A stretch of 64,000 bases of DNA from Squalus acanthias (lineage: Eukaryota), in assembly GCA_030390025.1 (NCBI GenBank), contig JASTWF010000336.1, forward strand, positions 186,001 to 250,000, given 5' to 3'. The notes below the pieces were generated by a model. That model saw nothing but the letters and a program-made list of their open reading frames with translations. It did no database searches and had not been told where the DNA came from. How positions within the stretch are numbered: position 1 is the first letter of the stretch; each line of letters starts with the position of its first letter. Position numbers and translations under genes: made by a program. Positions 54,512-64,000 of this stretch are shown here, piece by piece.

Positions 54512-56323
54512 ATGGCGACCGCGGCAGGACACTGGCAGCGAGAGGGTAGTGTGTTAGATTTTGGAATGACTGTACGAAATGTGATGCAGGAAAAGATAGC
54601 GGATTACGTATTTGGAAAGGTTAATCTAACGAAAAAGTGGATAAGCGAACTGTTAGCGGATAAGAGCCCACTAGAGGCAGCTGAAAGGTGGACGGATAGT
54701 AAGGAGCATAAAAAGGCAGTTGAGAAAGCAGTCTGGCTTATGTGCTACAAAAGGCAGGTTCAGATTTCAAACCAGACCAATACAGCGCTAACAGCTCGAA
54801 TCAAGCATTTAGAGGAGGAAATGGAGGAGAAGGTTTCTGGAGGGGAGGTGCTCATTAAGAATTTAAATGAGTTACGCCAGGAAAGCCAGGAAGTCTCCAG
54901 TTACCTTAAAACAAGGGTAGAGTATCTCGAGTGCCAGATCACTGAAGCAAAATTGAACGAGAGTAGGATGAAGGAAAGATGTAACCGCCAAGCTGCCCAG
55001 ATAAGAACTCAAGAAGAGAGCTTAATGGGGGTTAGGTCGGCGTATAAGTTGGCCCTTGAGGATAAGTTTCAGGGAGCCGACCATAGCGCCTGCCAAAAAG
55101 AGATAGAGAGCCTCAAAAAGGCCGTGAATAATGCGAACGGCATGGTGTGCCTTATTAATCCGTTGGCACGCCAGCCGCTAGTAAATGAGAGATTTAGAAA
55201 TTCCCCACCAAGTAAAGCAGAAGAAGTAGTAGCCACTGCGCCCTCCGCGCCACCCAGCTATTCAGAAACCTGGGTTAGGGGGGAAGCAACGGAAGAAACA
55301 AAAGAGCCCGTTGAAAAGGAAGTAGAAAAGGGATCGTTGTATCCAGTAACGGGGATTAAAAGGGGCCCAAGCAGAAACGGTGGGGAAGAACCGGGGGATC
55401 TCCTCGGACAGCTGGTGTTGCCTCACAGTTCACATCAGCTGAGAGCCATGATAAACCACGTAAGGAAGCTGACCGAGATAGACGACCCTTCCGTACATTT
55501 TAGGGAAGTTGAGCAAGCCGCAGCCATCAACGGCTGCGATGATGGGGAGACAGCAAAAATGCTGCTGTTCTCTTTAGATAGCTCGGTCCTTCAGTGTCTC
55601 TCAGGCAATAGCAAGAGGGGTAATAAAAGTTATGAGGAATTGAAAAATGAGGTCCTAGAAGTAGTGGGAGCGAACGACGGAGGTCCGTTTGCTAGAGTGG
55701 GACAGACAGTGCAGATGGAGGGAGAACCCCCGAAGGTTTTTGCCGACAGGCTGTGGCCAGTATATGAGCGCAGCTGTCTAGGTGCGCCCGAGCGCGAAGA
55801 TGTGGAAGGCGCCGCTTTAATTCATTGGCTTAGGTGCATAATAGCCAACAGTTTACCAGCCGTTAGAGAGCAGGCAAAAGCCTGGTTCGATCCCAATGAC
55901 CTCAACCTTACGGAAGAGTCGGTCTTGAATCGACTCACGTTAGGTTACCGTAACATAAGGGGTATGACGACACGTCCCTTTAAGGGAAGAGTACATGAGG
56001 TACGACCCGCAGCCCCGGCTCAAAGAGAGTGGCATCAGGAGGGTAATCGCGCCCCACAGGCAAGTAATGCCTGTTACGGGTGTGGGAAGACAGGGCACTG
56101 GCGCAAGCACTGCAGGAACCCTTGGAAGGATTCCAAGGATAAAAATCCCGTGGTCCGAGCCCAGGCGCCTGTCCCGCCTAAGGAAGCAAAGGCACCCACC
56201 TCTCCCGACGACCTCGAAGCAGTGTTAGGAGCCATGCGCAAGATGGTTTTGAATGCGCGTGGACAGGTGGCGGTCGCAACCGGCCCCGTAGGTGCCGCAG
56301 GACCGTCTAATAGTGCCCCATGA
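54512..56323 (+). CDS. gag: Gag-like polyprotein, 603 aa
   Basis: Position after PBS, coiled-coil N-terminal half, PSAPPSY (55241-55261), CYGCGKTGHWRKHC knuckle (56072-56113). Confidence 0.9.
   Translation: MATAAGHWQREGSVLDFGMTVRNVMQEKIADYVFGKVNLTKKWISELLADKSPLEAAERWTDSKEHKKAVEKAVWLMCYKRQVQISNQTNTALTARIKHLEEEMEEKVSGGEVLIKNLNELRQESQEVSSYLKTRVEYLECQITEAKLNESRMKERCNRQAAQIRTQEESLMGVRSAYKLALEDKFQGADHSACQKEIESLKKAVNNANGMVCLINPLARQPLVNERFRNSPPSKAEEVVATAPSAPPSYSETWVRGEATEETKEPVEKEVEKGSLYPVTGIKRGPSRNGGEEPGDLLGQLVLPHSSHQLRAMINHVRKLTEIDDPSVHFREVEQAAAINGCDDGETAKMLLFSLDSSVLQCLSGNSKRGNKSYEELKNEVLEVVGANDGGPFARVGQTVQMEGEPPKVFADRLWPVYERSCLGAPEREDVEGAALIHWLRCIIANSLPAVREQAKAWFDPNDLNLTEESVLNRLTLGYRNIRGMTTRPFKGRVHEVRPAAPAQREWHQEGNRAPQASNACYGCGKTGHWRKHCRNPWKDSKDKNPVVRAQAPVPPKEAKAPTSPDDLEAVLGAMRKMVLNARGQVAVATGPVGAAGPSNSAP
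54513..54530 (+). promoter_or_regulatory. Primer-binding site, tRNA-Arg(UCG)
   Basis: TGGCGACCGCGGCAGGAC is complementary to GTCCTGCCGCGGTCGCCA, the 3' end of a vertebrate tRNA-Arg-TCG as I recall it. Confidence 0.85.
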
Positions 56324-57484
56324 CTAGAGCCCACGCAGCCTGCCTACCTGTGTCCTTTTAAAAGACACGCACAGGAGGGGGTCTGCGGTGAGGAGGCCAG
56401 GTTAAAAGAGCAGGCCTTGCGGGAGGAGAACGCCCGCTTAATAGGGAAAATAGATGGGCTGGAAGGGCAGCTTAGAGAGCAGGCCCTGCGGGAGGAGAAT
56501 GCCCGAGAAATGGGAAAGTTAGACGTGCTCAGGCTAGAAGGGCAGCTTAGAGAGATAAAAGCAGCCTACAGGGTAGCCAAAAGCCGGGAGCATGAGGTTT
56601 TAAAACAGGATAGAAATCTGCAGCCTCCAGCAGGTGAGATTTCACAGAAACAAGCAGGGGCGGTGGCCTGTCTTAAGGGAGGGGCCAGACCTGCGAGTGG
56701 GGAAGCACAGCCCCAGGTAGGACCACAAGGCACACAGGCAGGCATAGCAGCTTGCATCAGGGGAAGGGACATCCCGGACGATCATGCAGCGTTTTTCTGG
56801 AGTTGGGGGTTAGATGACGAAGAACCCAGGGTACCCTGGTCAGATGAGGATAGTGCAGATGAGCATAGTGATGATGACGGGTGGTTTCAGAGGAACGGTC
56901 TGGAAGGATTGGGGCCGCTAGGTAGAGATCCATACGGGGTGGACACACAAGCTGCAGGTCCCGACAGCAGGAGGAAGGAGCTAGAGGAGGCCGGGCCAGC
57001 CGCTATGTGGTTCCCAGAGGTGTGGCCGCCCGCTTTGAACGTCCAGTCCTCAGGGGAGGCAGAGTTCGCGAGTGAAGGGCCGCCTGCTGGGCCGAGCAGG
57101 GCGGGGCCCCGAACTGCCAGCCCCGAGGTTAGGGAGGCGGAGTCAGCGGAGGCGGGGCTGGCGCCTGTGATGGAACCCCAGGTCATCCCGTTGAAGGTCT
57201 CGGGACCCGGTCCGTCCGTCACGGAGCCCCCGCCCATAGCAATTCCCCGTAGGTCAAGCAGAGAACCCCAGCCCAGGAAGATGTGGTCAGGTCCCCAGGC
57301 TGCCCCAGGACGTAAGTTTCAGGTTAAGATAACCCGGGTAGAGACAGGCCACATCGAAGCAGTAACAGGCTGCGGCAGATCAGAGGAAAGGGTCAGCGCA
57401 GCAACAGGCTGCGGCAGATCAGAGGGAAGGGTCAGTGCCCTCCCACCGTCGGGAAGAGCTCGCAGCAGCCTTCTCAGGATTTAA
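56324..57484 (+). CDS. ORF X: unknown protein in frame with gag, probable readthrough extension
   Basis: 386 sense codons directly after the gag TGA; coiled-coil, acidic and Pro-rich segments; no PR/RT/RH/IN motifs seen. Confidence 0.6.
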   Translation, partial: LEPTQPAYLCPFKRHAQEGVCGEEARLKEQALREENARLIGKIDGLEGQLREQALREENAREMGKLDVLRLEGQLREIKAAYRVAKSREHEVLKQDRNLQPPAGEISQKQAGAVACLKGGARPASGEAQPQVGPQGTQAGIAACIRGRDIPDDHAAFFWSWGLDDEEPRVPWSDEDSADEHSDDDGWFQRNGLEGLGPLGRDPYGVDTQAAGPDSRRKELEEAGPAAMWFPEVWPPALNVQSSGEAEFASEGPPAGPSRAGPRTASPEVREAESAEAGLAPVMEPQVIPLKVSGPGPSVTEPPPIAIPRRSSREPQPRKMWSGPQAAPGRKFQVKITRVETGHIEAVTGCGRSEERVSAATGCGRSEGRVSALPPSGRARSSLLRI

Positions 57485-57768
57485 AGGGGCCGCCCTGAGA
57501 ACGGGCGGCATTGTAAAGTTATTAGTTTAAGGTTTTAAGTTTTAGTTTAAAGTTTTAAGTGGTTTTAATAAGGTTAAGTTTGTAGTGTTTGTAACAGAAA
57601 ACGATAAAATGATGGGAGTTTTAAGGCTAGGTTTAGAGGAAGTCTATTTAGCAAACGTTGAAGTTTACGTGAGGCGAGGTCAGGGGACCCGCTCACCCTT
57701 CACAAAAGCCAGAGACTTTTTGCGAGGCTGGCTACCTCATTCTATCTGATCACAGGAACCAAGGAAGG

Positions 57769-60106
57769 ATGGAACGACTCATAGTATTGCTCGCGGCAAT
57801 CGGATGTGGATTGGCCTATCGGGGCCTCACCAAGGATGTCGTGGTGTTTGGATGTTCCGGGGACACGGCCCCCATCGCGGTGGATGGGACCGGGAGACGG
57901 AAGGCAGAAGGGACCAGCACCTATTTCCACAAGGGAAGGTGGCCAGGATGGCTGGGAACGAACTCAACGGAGTATTCCAGCACATCGGGGTTCGCCTACA
58001 AAGAGACTTCTTTAATGTGCCCCAAAGTACGGATCATCGCACCCAGGATCAGCGTCACCGTCGGCAAACGGATTTGTCTGACCTGCAGTGGGAATGTCCC
58101 ATTGAGCCGATGGTGGTGGCTGCGAAAGCTGAGCAAAACTATGAGGAACTCTTCGGTTGAGTGGGAGCGACTGGGTAATAATACCCATCGGACAATTACG
58201 GGGACAGATGGACAAGTGAAAGTCTGTTGGGACAAATGGTGGGAACCAGATGAGGGGATTTATGTTTGTATGTGGGGGTCAAAGTACGTTTGCCCCAAAG
58301 GCATCTCCATATTCTTTATTAACCAGTGGCAGGATAACGGACAGGGGATGAGGTGGGATGCGAGCACCAGGGGGTGCGGAGCCCCATACTCTCCGATCCC
58401 AGTAAATGCCACTGAGCTCATTACGCGCCCACGCAAAGCCCCGCCCACGATTCCGGTAGTTCTAACTGAGGAAGAAGGGTGCCCTAAAACTAGTAAGGGA
58501 CCCGGGAACGGTTTGGTACTGGTCCCCACAGACCAGATACTATTTCAGGGGGTACATTACGCGGTGGCCTCGGTGATTTTAAATCTCACTGAGGTACGGT
58601 TACCAGAGTGGTGCCCCAAAAAGACGGAACAGTTGTACCAGATCCTGTTGACCAAGATGTTCAGGCAATTTTACGAGTTTGATTTTGCAGAAATCGATAA
58701 GACAAGTTTATACACCGCACCGCAGGAAGTTTTGGACCAAGTAGGGAGGCAAAGAAGGGGTTTGGTGAACGATGCGTTCACTGCTTTTAACACAGGGACA
58801 TCTGTGGTCAACGCTCTAGACAGTGTGGAGCTGCAGACCCAGATTAATGGTTTAAAAACACAGTTAAAGGATATTCTTACAGATGAGAATAAAGTGGTAG
58901 GGTCGGGTCTGCACGAGGACCAAGCCATGACACTACACTTAAAAGAGATTATAGCAGAGCTGGAGAAACAGGCGCGTACGGTAAATGCCCTGATTAGGGA
59001 AGATCGGAATGCATCCGATCAAGCTGCGCAGAACGAGGTGTGCGTGCTTTACGGGGCGTGGTTACTGGGCGAGGGCCGCAGTAAAACAAGGTTTGGTCCC
59101 GTCCTGGATAAGTAACAAACACCTGCGGGCGCTCCACCCTTTTCAGAATGCATTAAGTCCGTGCCAGCTCAGGCTAGCTTCAGAAGCTTACCCAGTCCCC
59201 GTGGACTGCGGACGTTCAAACCATACTATTATGGGAATAGTATTACGCATGCCGGTTTTGGGCAACACAGCAAAGCCCGCCCCGGTATATCGGGTAGAGA
59301 ACATTGGTGTCATTCAGGGGGGAGCCCACATTCGTTATGCAGCGGTTCCACCTTACGTCATCCGCTGGGAGCAAACGATGACAGGTACAGATCTCTCTGG
59401 TTGTCGTGGCAGGGGAGCACACATAATACTGTGCCCCCAGCACTTGAATGCCTTTTTAACACCACAGTGCGGGTTCAGAACGGCTGGCGCCAAGTCCATG
59501 AATTGCACCATGGAGGCAATGGCACAAGATCATGTGCCTCCGCAGGTAGCATACATCGGGGGTGGAACATATTGTGTTACCACTGCAGCGCAACACTACC
59601 AGCATGGAAACCGTAGCCGGTGTCCGGTGAGTGACAGCAGTTTCTGTTTTAAACCCAGGGCTGAAGTTCAAGTAGCACAACAGCGAATTATCCCAATCCC
59701 TGAACCATCCACTGTTCATCTCACAGTAAAAGAGAGTTTTACCGACTTGCAGCGATTTGTCGCACATTTTGGGTACCTCATTCCCCCTCTCCCCGAGCAT
59801 TTAACCAAACTTCTAAAAGCCGTCGCGGTGTCACAAAAGCATTTCTATACATTAGAACAGAAAACCGTCGAGATAGGTACAGACATTTTGGACATAGTGG
59901 TTCCACCGTGGTGGAATCTGTTCACGAATATTGAAGTGCCCTCATGGGTCAGAATAGCCTCCCACATTTTAGTCGTCTGTCAAGTGTTTATTGTAGTATA
60001 CCTTTTGTTCATACATTGTAAAAGAGACAAGCGCCTCACCAAGCATGAGAACACGGGAGAGTGGCGAGAACGTTACGTGCGCGTGCACGATGAGAGCGCA
60101 GTGTAA
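57769..60106 (+). pseudogene. env: Env glycoprotein (signal peptide, Ig-like domain, class I fusion protein, TM), frameshifted near 59080
   Basis: MERLIVLLAAIGCGLA, CLTC..W...DEGIYVC, furin site RQRR 58747-58758, heptad repeat, Cys-rich region, TM ILVVCQVFIVVYLLFI. Confidence 0.85.
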
Positions 60107-60521
60107 TGGGAAGATGGCGTCACTCCCGCTCGCCACGTGCGCCGCGGAAGTTTGTACTCAGTGTAAATACGTTGGAAACTCGACATGTTTAAGAGTCGGG
60201 ATTTGTTTATTTTGGTGATGGTGTTGATTGTTTGGTTTTTGGGTTTTGTTTTTCCTTCCCTTGAATAAAAGACAAATATACAGGTGATGCGTGAGGTATC
60301 GGCCTGGTTACGCCGGGAAGGAAAACAAGTGGTGTAAGTTTAAGGGCAAATGATGCCTACGGTGATATAAAGTGTGATTTTTTTCTTGGGAAATGAGGAC
60401 GACACAGAGACCCTAGTGAAGTTAAAATTTTATGGGATTAATTTACTGGATTCGGAGTGAAATCGAGATAAGATTGCTCACCACTGAGATTTTTGATACG
60501 ATAAGCGGAGTTATTCGCATC

Positions 60522-60533
60522 AACAGGAGGGAC
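60522..60533 (+). promoter_or_regulatory. Polypurine tract
   Basis: AACAGGAGGGAC immediately before the 3' LTR. Confidence 0.75.
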
Positions 60534-62157
60534 TGTAGAATTCGCAATTATCGCGATTTCATTTTAATAAGGAGAGAACACAAGTTTCGTTCAAAAACAG
60601 CTTTTATTTCAGCGGAATGCTGTCAGGTTTAAATTGGACACAAGCAGCCTGTAAAATGGCCGCCGCACCGCGTGACAGAACATTCGAGACTTTTCAGCAG
60701 GCAGACAAGATGGCGTTCCAATAAACATTTTTTTGCAGGATCGATAACGATTCAGCACAGTGAAGACAATACACAGGACATTATGGGTTTACAGTATAAA
60801 CATCGATACTGGAATCGGTCTCCCAGGTACAAAGGAAAGCCATCAAGGGCCCATCCAAAGGACATTAATATGTAAACTCCCAACGGCTCTACGATGAGAG
60901 AGCCGTTAGCAGGTAGTTATACAGGACACTTGGAAGCCCCAAACCCCTCCAGGGGGAACACCGACCGATTTAACAATGGGAGAAATATTAGCAGGTACTC
61001 AAACATTCAGGAGTAGCCCCGAAACCCATTAAGGACAGAGATCACCCATACAGGACATTTTGGGCGCCAAACCTTAAACAAAAGAATGGACATTGTAGTT
61101 GGGCGGGAAACGGAAGAACTGTGCACTATAATTGCAGGCCCAAACCGTCCATTCGCTCTCTTGCGCTTGCTCTTTTGCTCTTGACTCTTGCCGCTTGCTG
61201 CTGTTATCATCGTGGCTGCTCCTGTGTTTTATCCGGTCGATTCGTAACCTCGTGGCTGCTCCTGGGTAAAAGACTGTTGCAAAGACCTATGTTGGTAGCT
61301 GGCAGCGGAACCGAAGGCCCGGGATGAGATGAGATGAGATGAGAGGAGAAGAGAAGAAGACCTTATCCATCGCCACGGTCAGTAAATCCCGACCGCGCCT
61401 GTAGGTCGATCAGCCAAGTCTTCTCGACAGGAAGTTTTCTTCTTTAACAAGACATATTGCATCGACGATAACTGGACTGTGCAAACACATCGTATCAGTG
61501 ATATTGACAACGGTGCTCCTCGACTAAACTGTAAAGTCCACCAACAGAGGTCTTCACTACAGCGGACGGTCCAGCCGACTGACCGAGCAGCAGAAGCAGT
61601 AAACAAGTGGGACCAGGAGATCTCCTGACCAACACGTGGGTGCTGCGGTGAAAAACATCCGATCAGCTATTCGGGATTTCTCCGAGTTATTACGAGTGGT
61701 GAGCATGAGTCTCGGGATCCTACGAAGCTAGTTTTAGGATAGTTATTGATAGGGGAGGGTTTAAAGTTTAAGGATATTTGTAATGTGTGCCCTATTTACG
61801 TTGTGCTGGTCGTTCCTCGTTTCCCTAAGAGTGATTATAACTGTTTGTAAGATTGTACTGTCATTAATCTGTGCATATGACATGTATTTCATAATTTTAA
61901 GTATCATGCAATAAAGATTTTCCATTTCGTACCGTTCAAACCAAGTCTACATGAGTTTTATCTCCATTACTGCTCTCGCATCTAAGTCCAGTGTCTAGAA
62001 CCGTAAGGGAGAGTGATTCGAACCACTCACAGGGGTGTCTAGTGTTCCCAGACTGGCTGGAGACCAGGCCTAGACCCGCACTGACATACAGGCTGCACAG
62101 AGCCGCGTGAACCTCACAGGCTACGAGACACGCAGGGTCAGGAGAGGATCCCTTACA
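60534..62157 (+). repeat. 3' LTR (1624 bp)
   Basis: Copy of 52884-54507 at offset 7650; no differences noticed by eye. Confidence 0.97.
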
Positions 62158-64000
62158 GGGCTGCTGGCCGACGACGGATCTCTGGTCTCGGATCCGGAGG
62201 GGATCAGCGCGGGGACCCGGGCCTATTACGGGGCTCTGTTCTCTCCGGATCCGTCCAGCGAGGATGCGCGCAGAGTTTTGTGGGAGGACCTGCCGAAGGT
62301 CGGCCCGGAGGGCGCCGAAGAATTGGACGCTCCGCTAAGTTTGGCGGAGCTGACCGGCGCCCTGCGCCAGCTCTCGAGGGGAAAGTCCCCGGGGCTGGAC
62401 GGGCTGACCGTGGAGTTCCACAGGGCGTTCTGGGACGTCTTGGGGGGCGACTACGCGCGGGTCCTGGGGGAAAGTCTGGCGACCGGGGAGATGCCCCTCT
62501 CTTGGCGCAGGGCGGTTATCGTCCTGCTGTCCAAGAGGGGTGATCTCCGCCTTTTAAAAAACTGGCGCCCGGTCTCCCTCCTCAGCACGGACTATAAAAT
62601 TTTTGCCAGGGCCATGTCTGCCCGCCTCGGCACCGTGCTGGCCCACATGATCCACCCCGACCAGTCCTACACGGTCCCGGGCCGGACAATCCACGACAAC
62701 ATCCATCTGGTCCGGGACCTGGTCCACCTTTCCCAGAGGGCTGGTCTGTCGGTCGCCTTCCTTTCCCTGGATCAGGAGAAGGCGTTCGACAGGGTGGATC
62801 ACGAGTATCTCTTCGGGACTCTGCGCGCATTCGGGTTCGGGACGCATTTCGTCGCCCGGATCCGACTTCTGTACACCGCCGCGGAGTGTCTCATTAAAGT
62901 TAACGGGTCTTTGACGGCGCCCCTTCGCTTCGGGAGGGGGGTGCGTCAGGGATGCCCCATGTCCGGTCAGTTATATGCCGTTTGCGTGGAGCCTTTCCTG
63001 CGCCTCTTGCGGAAGAGGTTGACGGGACTGGCTCTGCAAGGGCCGGGCGTGGAGGTCGTCCTCTCGGCTTACGCCGATGACGTGCTCCTCATGGTCACGG
63101 ATCCCGTCGACCTGCGGAGGATGCGAGAATGCCAGCAGATTTACTCGGACGCATCCTCCGCCAGGATCAACTGGGAGAAATGTTCTGGACTCCTGGTGGG
63201 CCAGTGGCGGGTGGACTCCCTGCCGGAGGAGTTCAGGCCCTTTGCCTGGAGCACAACACACCTCCTCTACTTGGGAGTCTACCTCAGCCCTGCCGAGGAC
63301 ACCTGGCCGGCGAACTGGCAAGAGCTGGAGGCCAAGGTCACCGCTCGCCTAGGACGCTGGACGGGGTTGCTCCGAGTGTTGTCCTACAGGGGTCGAGCGC
63401 TGGTCATAAACCAGCTGGTGGCCGCCATGTTGTGGTACCGGTTGGTCACTTTGATCCCTCCCCCTGCGTTTGTCGCCAAGATACAGAAGATGCTCATCGA
63501 CTTCTTCTGGGACAAAAGGAAGCACTGGGTCTCTGCCGCGGTTCTGTGTCTCCCGCTTAGGGAGGGCGGTCAGGCGCTGGTGTGCCTTCGCACCCAGGCG
63601 GCGACTTTCCGTCTTCAGACGCTGCAGAGGTACCTTTACGTCGAGAATCCTCCCAGATGGTGTGCGCTGGCGACGTATTTCTTCCGCCAGATGCACGGCC
63701 TCAACTACGACACGCAGCTCCTGTTTGTGGAATTGGGCCGCACGCGAGCCTACCTGTGGGAGCTGCCTGTCTTTTACCAGGAACTGCTATGGGTCTGGAA
63801 CCAGGTCGCCTCCAGGCGGAGTTCTCCCCCGTCAGGAGTGGCGGCTCTCCTTCGGGAGCCGCTGTTCAGGAATCCGCACCTCCACGTCCGACGGATCGGC
63901 TGGCTGGCGGAGGGCAGGGCTGTGCCAGGCAAGGTGACCAGAGTCAGGGACCTGCTCGATGGCGGAGGAGCGGGCTGGATGGCGCCAGAGGAGTTGGCGC

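Larger units (their letters stand above)
52884..62157 (+). mobile_element. Pol-less LTR retroelement / endogenous retrovirus-like element (LTR-gag-ORFX-env-LTR), lokiretrovirus-like
   Basis: TGT...ACA LTRs, TSD GGGC at 52880-52883 and 62158-62161, PBS, PPT, Gag and Env motifs; family assignment is inference. Confidence 0.9.
48570..64000 (+). mobile_element. Tx1 subfamily A, array unit 5, interrupted by the LTR element; runs off the window end
   Basis: ORF2 breaks at 52883 and resumes at 62162. Confidence 0.9.
51720..64000 (+). pseudogene. Unit 5 ORF2, disrupted (1-bp deletion near 52594 and LTR element insertion)
   Basis: Coding parts 51720-52883 and 62162-64000. Confidence 0.9.

Noticed and set aside
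17657..64000. Array as a pure assembly artefact
   Set aside because: Units carry private SNPs, different VNTR counts, a unique deletion and a unique LTR insertion; read support should still be checked

Overview
Eukaryotic, repeat-dominated window, most likely from a cartilaginous fish (V-SINE with a CR1-type tail, CR1, Penelope). 1-10 kb: decayed CR1/L2 fragments, a short TSD-flanked non-LTR 3' fragment, and a replication-dependent histone H1 gene disrupted by a Penelope-like element (17-bp TSD, hammerhead ribozyme, nested SINE). 10-16.8 kb: a near full-length Tx1-clade LINE on the minus strand (subfamily B). 16.8-64 kb: a head-to-tail array of one tail-only and five ~7.5-8 kb copies of a related Tx1 (subfamily A), each separated by the same (CA)n-CCCCGAGTGCG motif that also lies at the head of B. 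The array copies end in a foreign 3' module with strongly A-to-G skewed differences from a free copy at 2-2.6 kb. The last copy is interrupted by a young 9.27-kb LTR element (1624-bp LTRs, 4-bp TSD, tRNA-Arg PBS). It encodes Gag, an unknown ORF in frame behind a UGA-CUAG readthrough context where Pol would be expected, and a frameshifted Env with an Ig-like domain in front of a class I fusion protein (lokiretrovirus-like). Family names come from motif recognition by eye; no searches were run.
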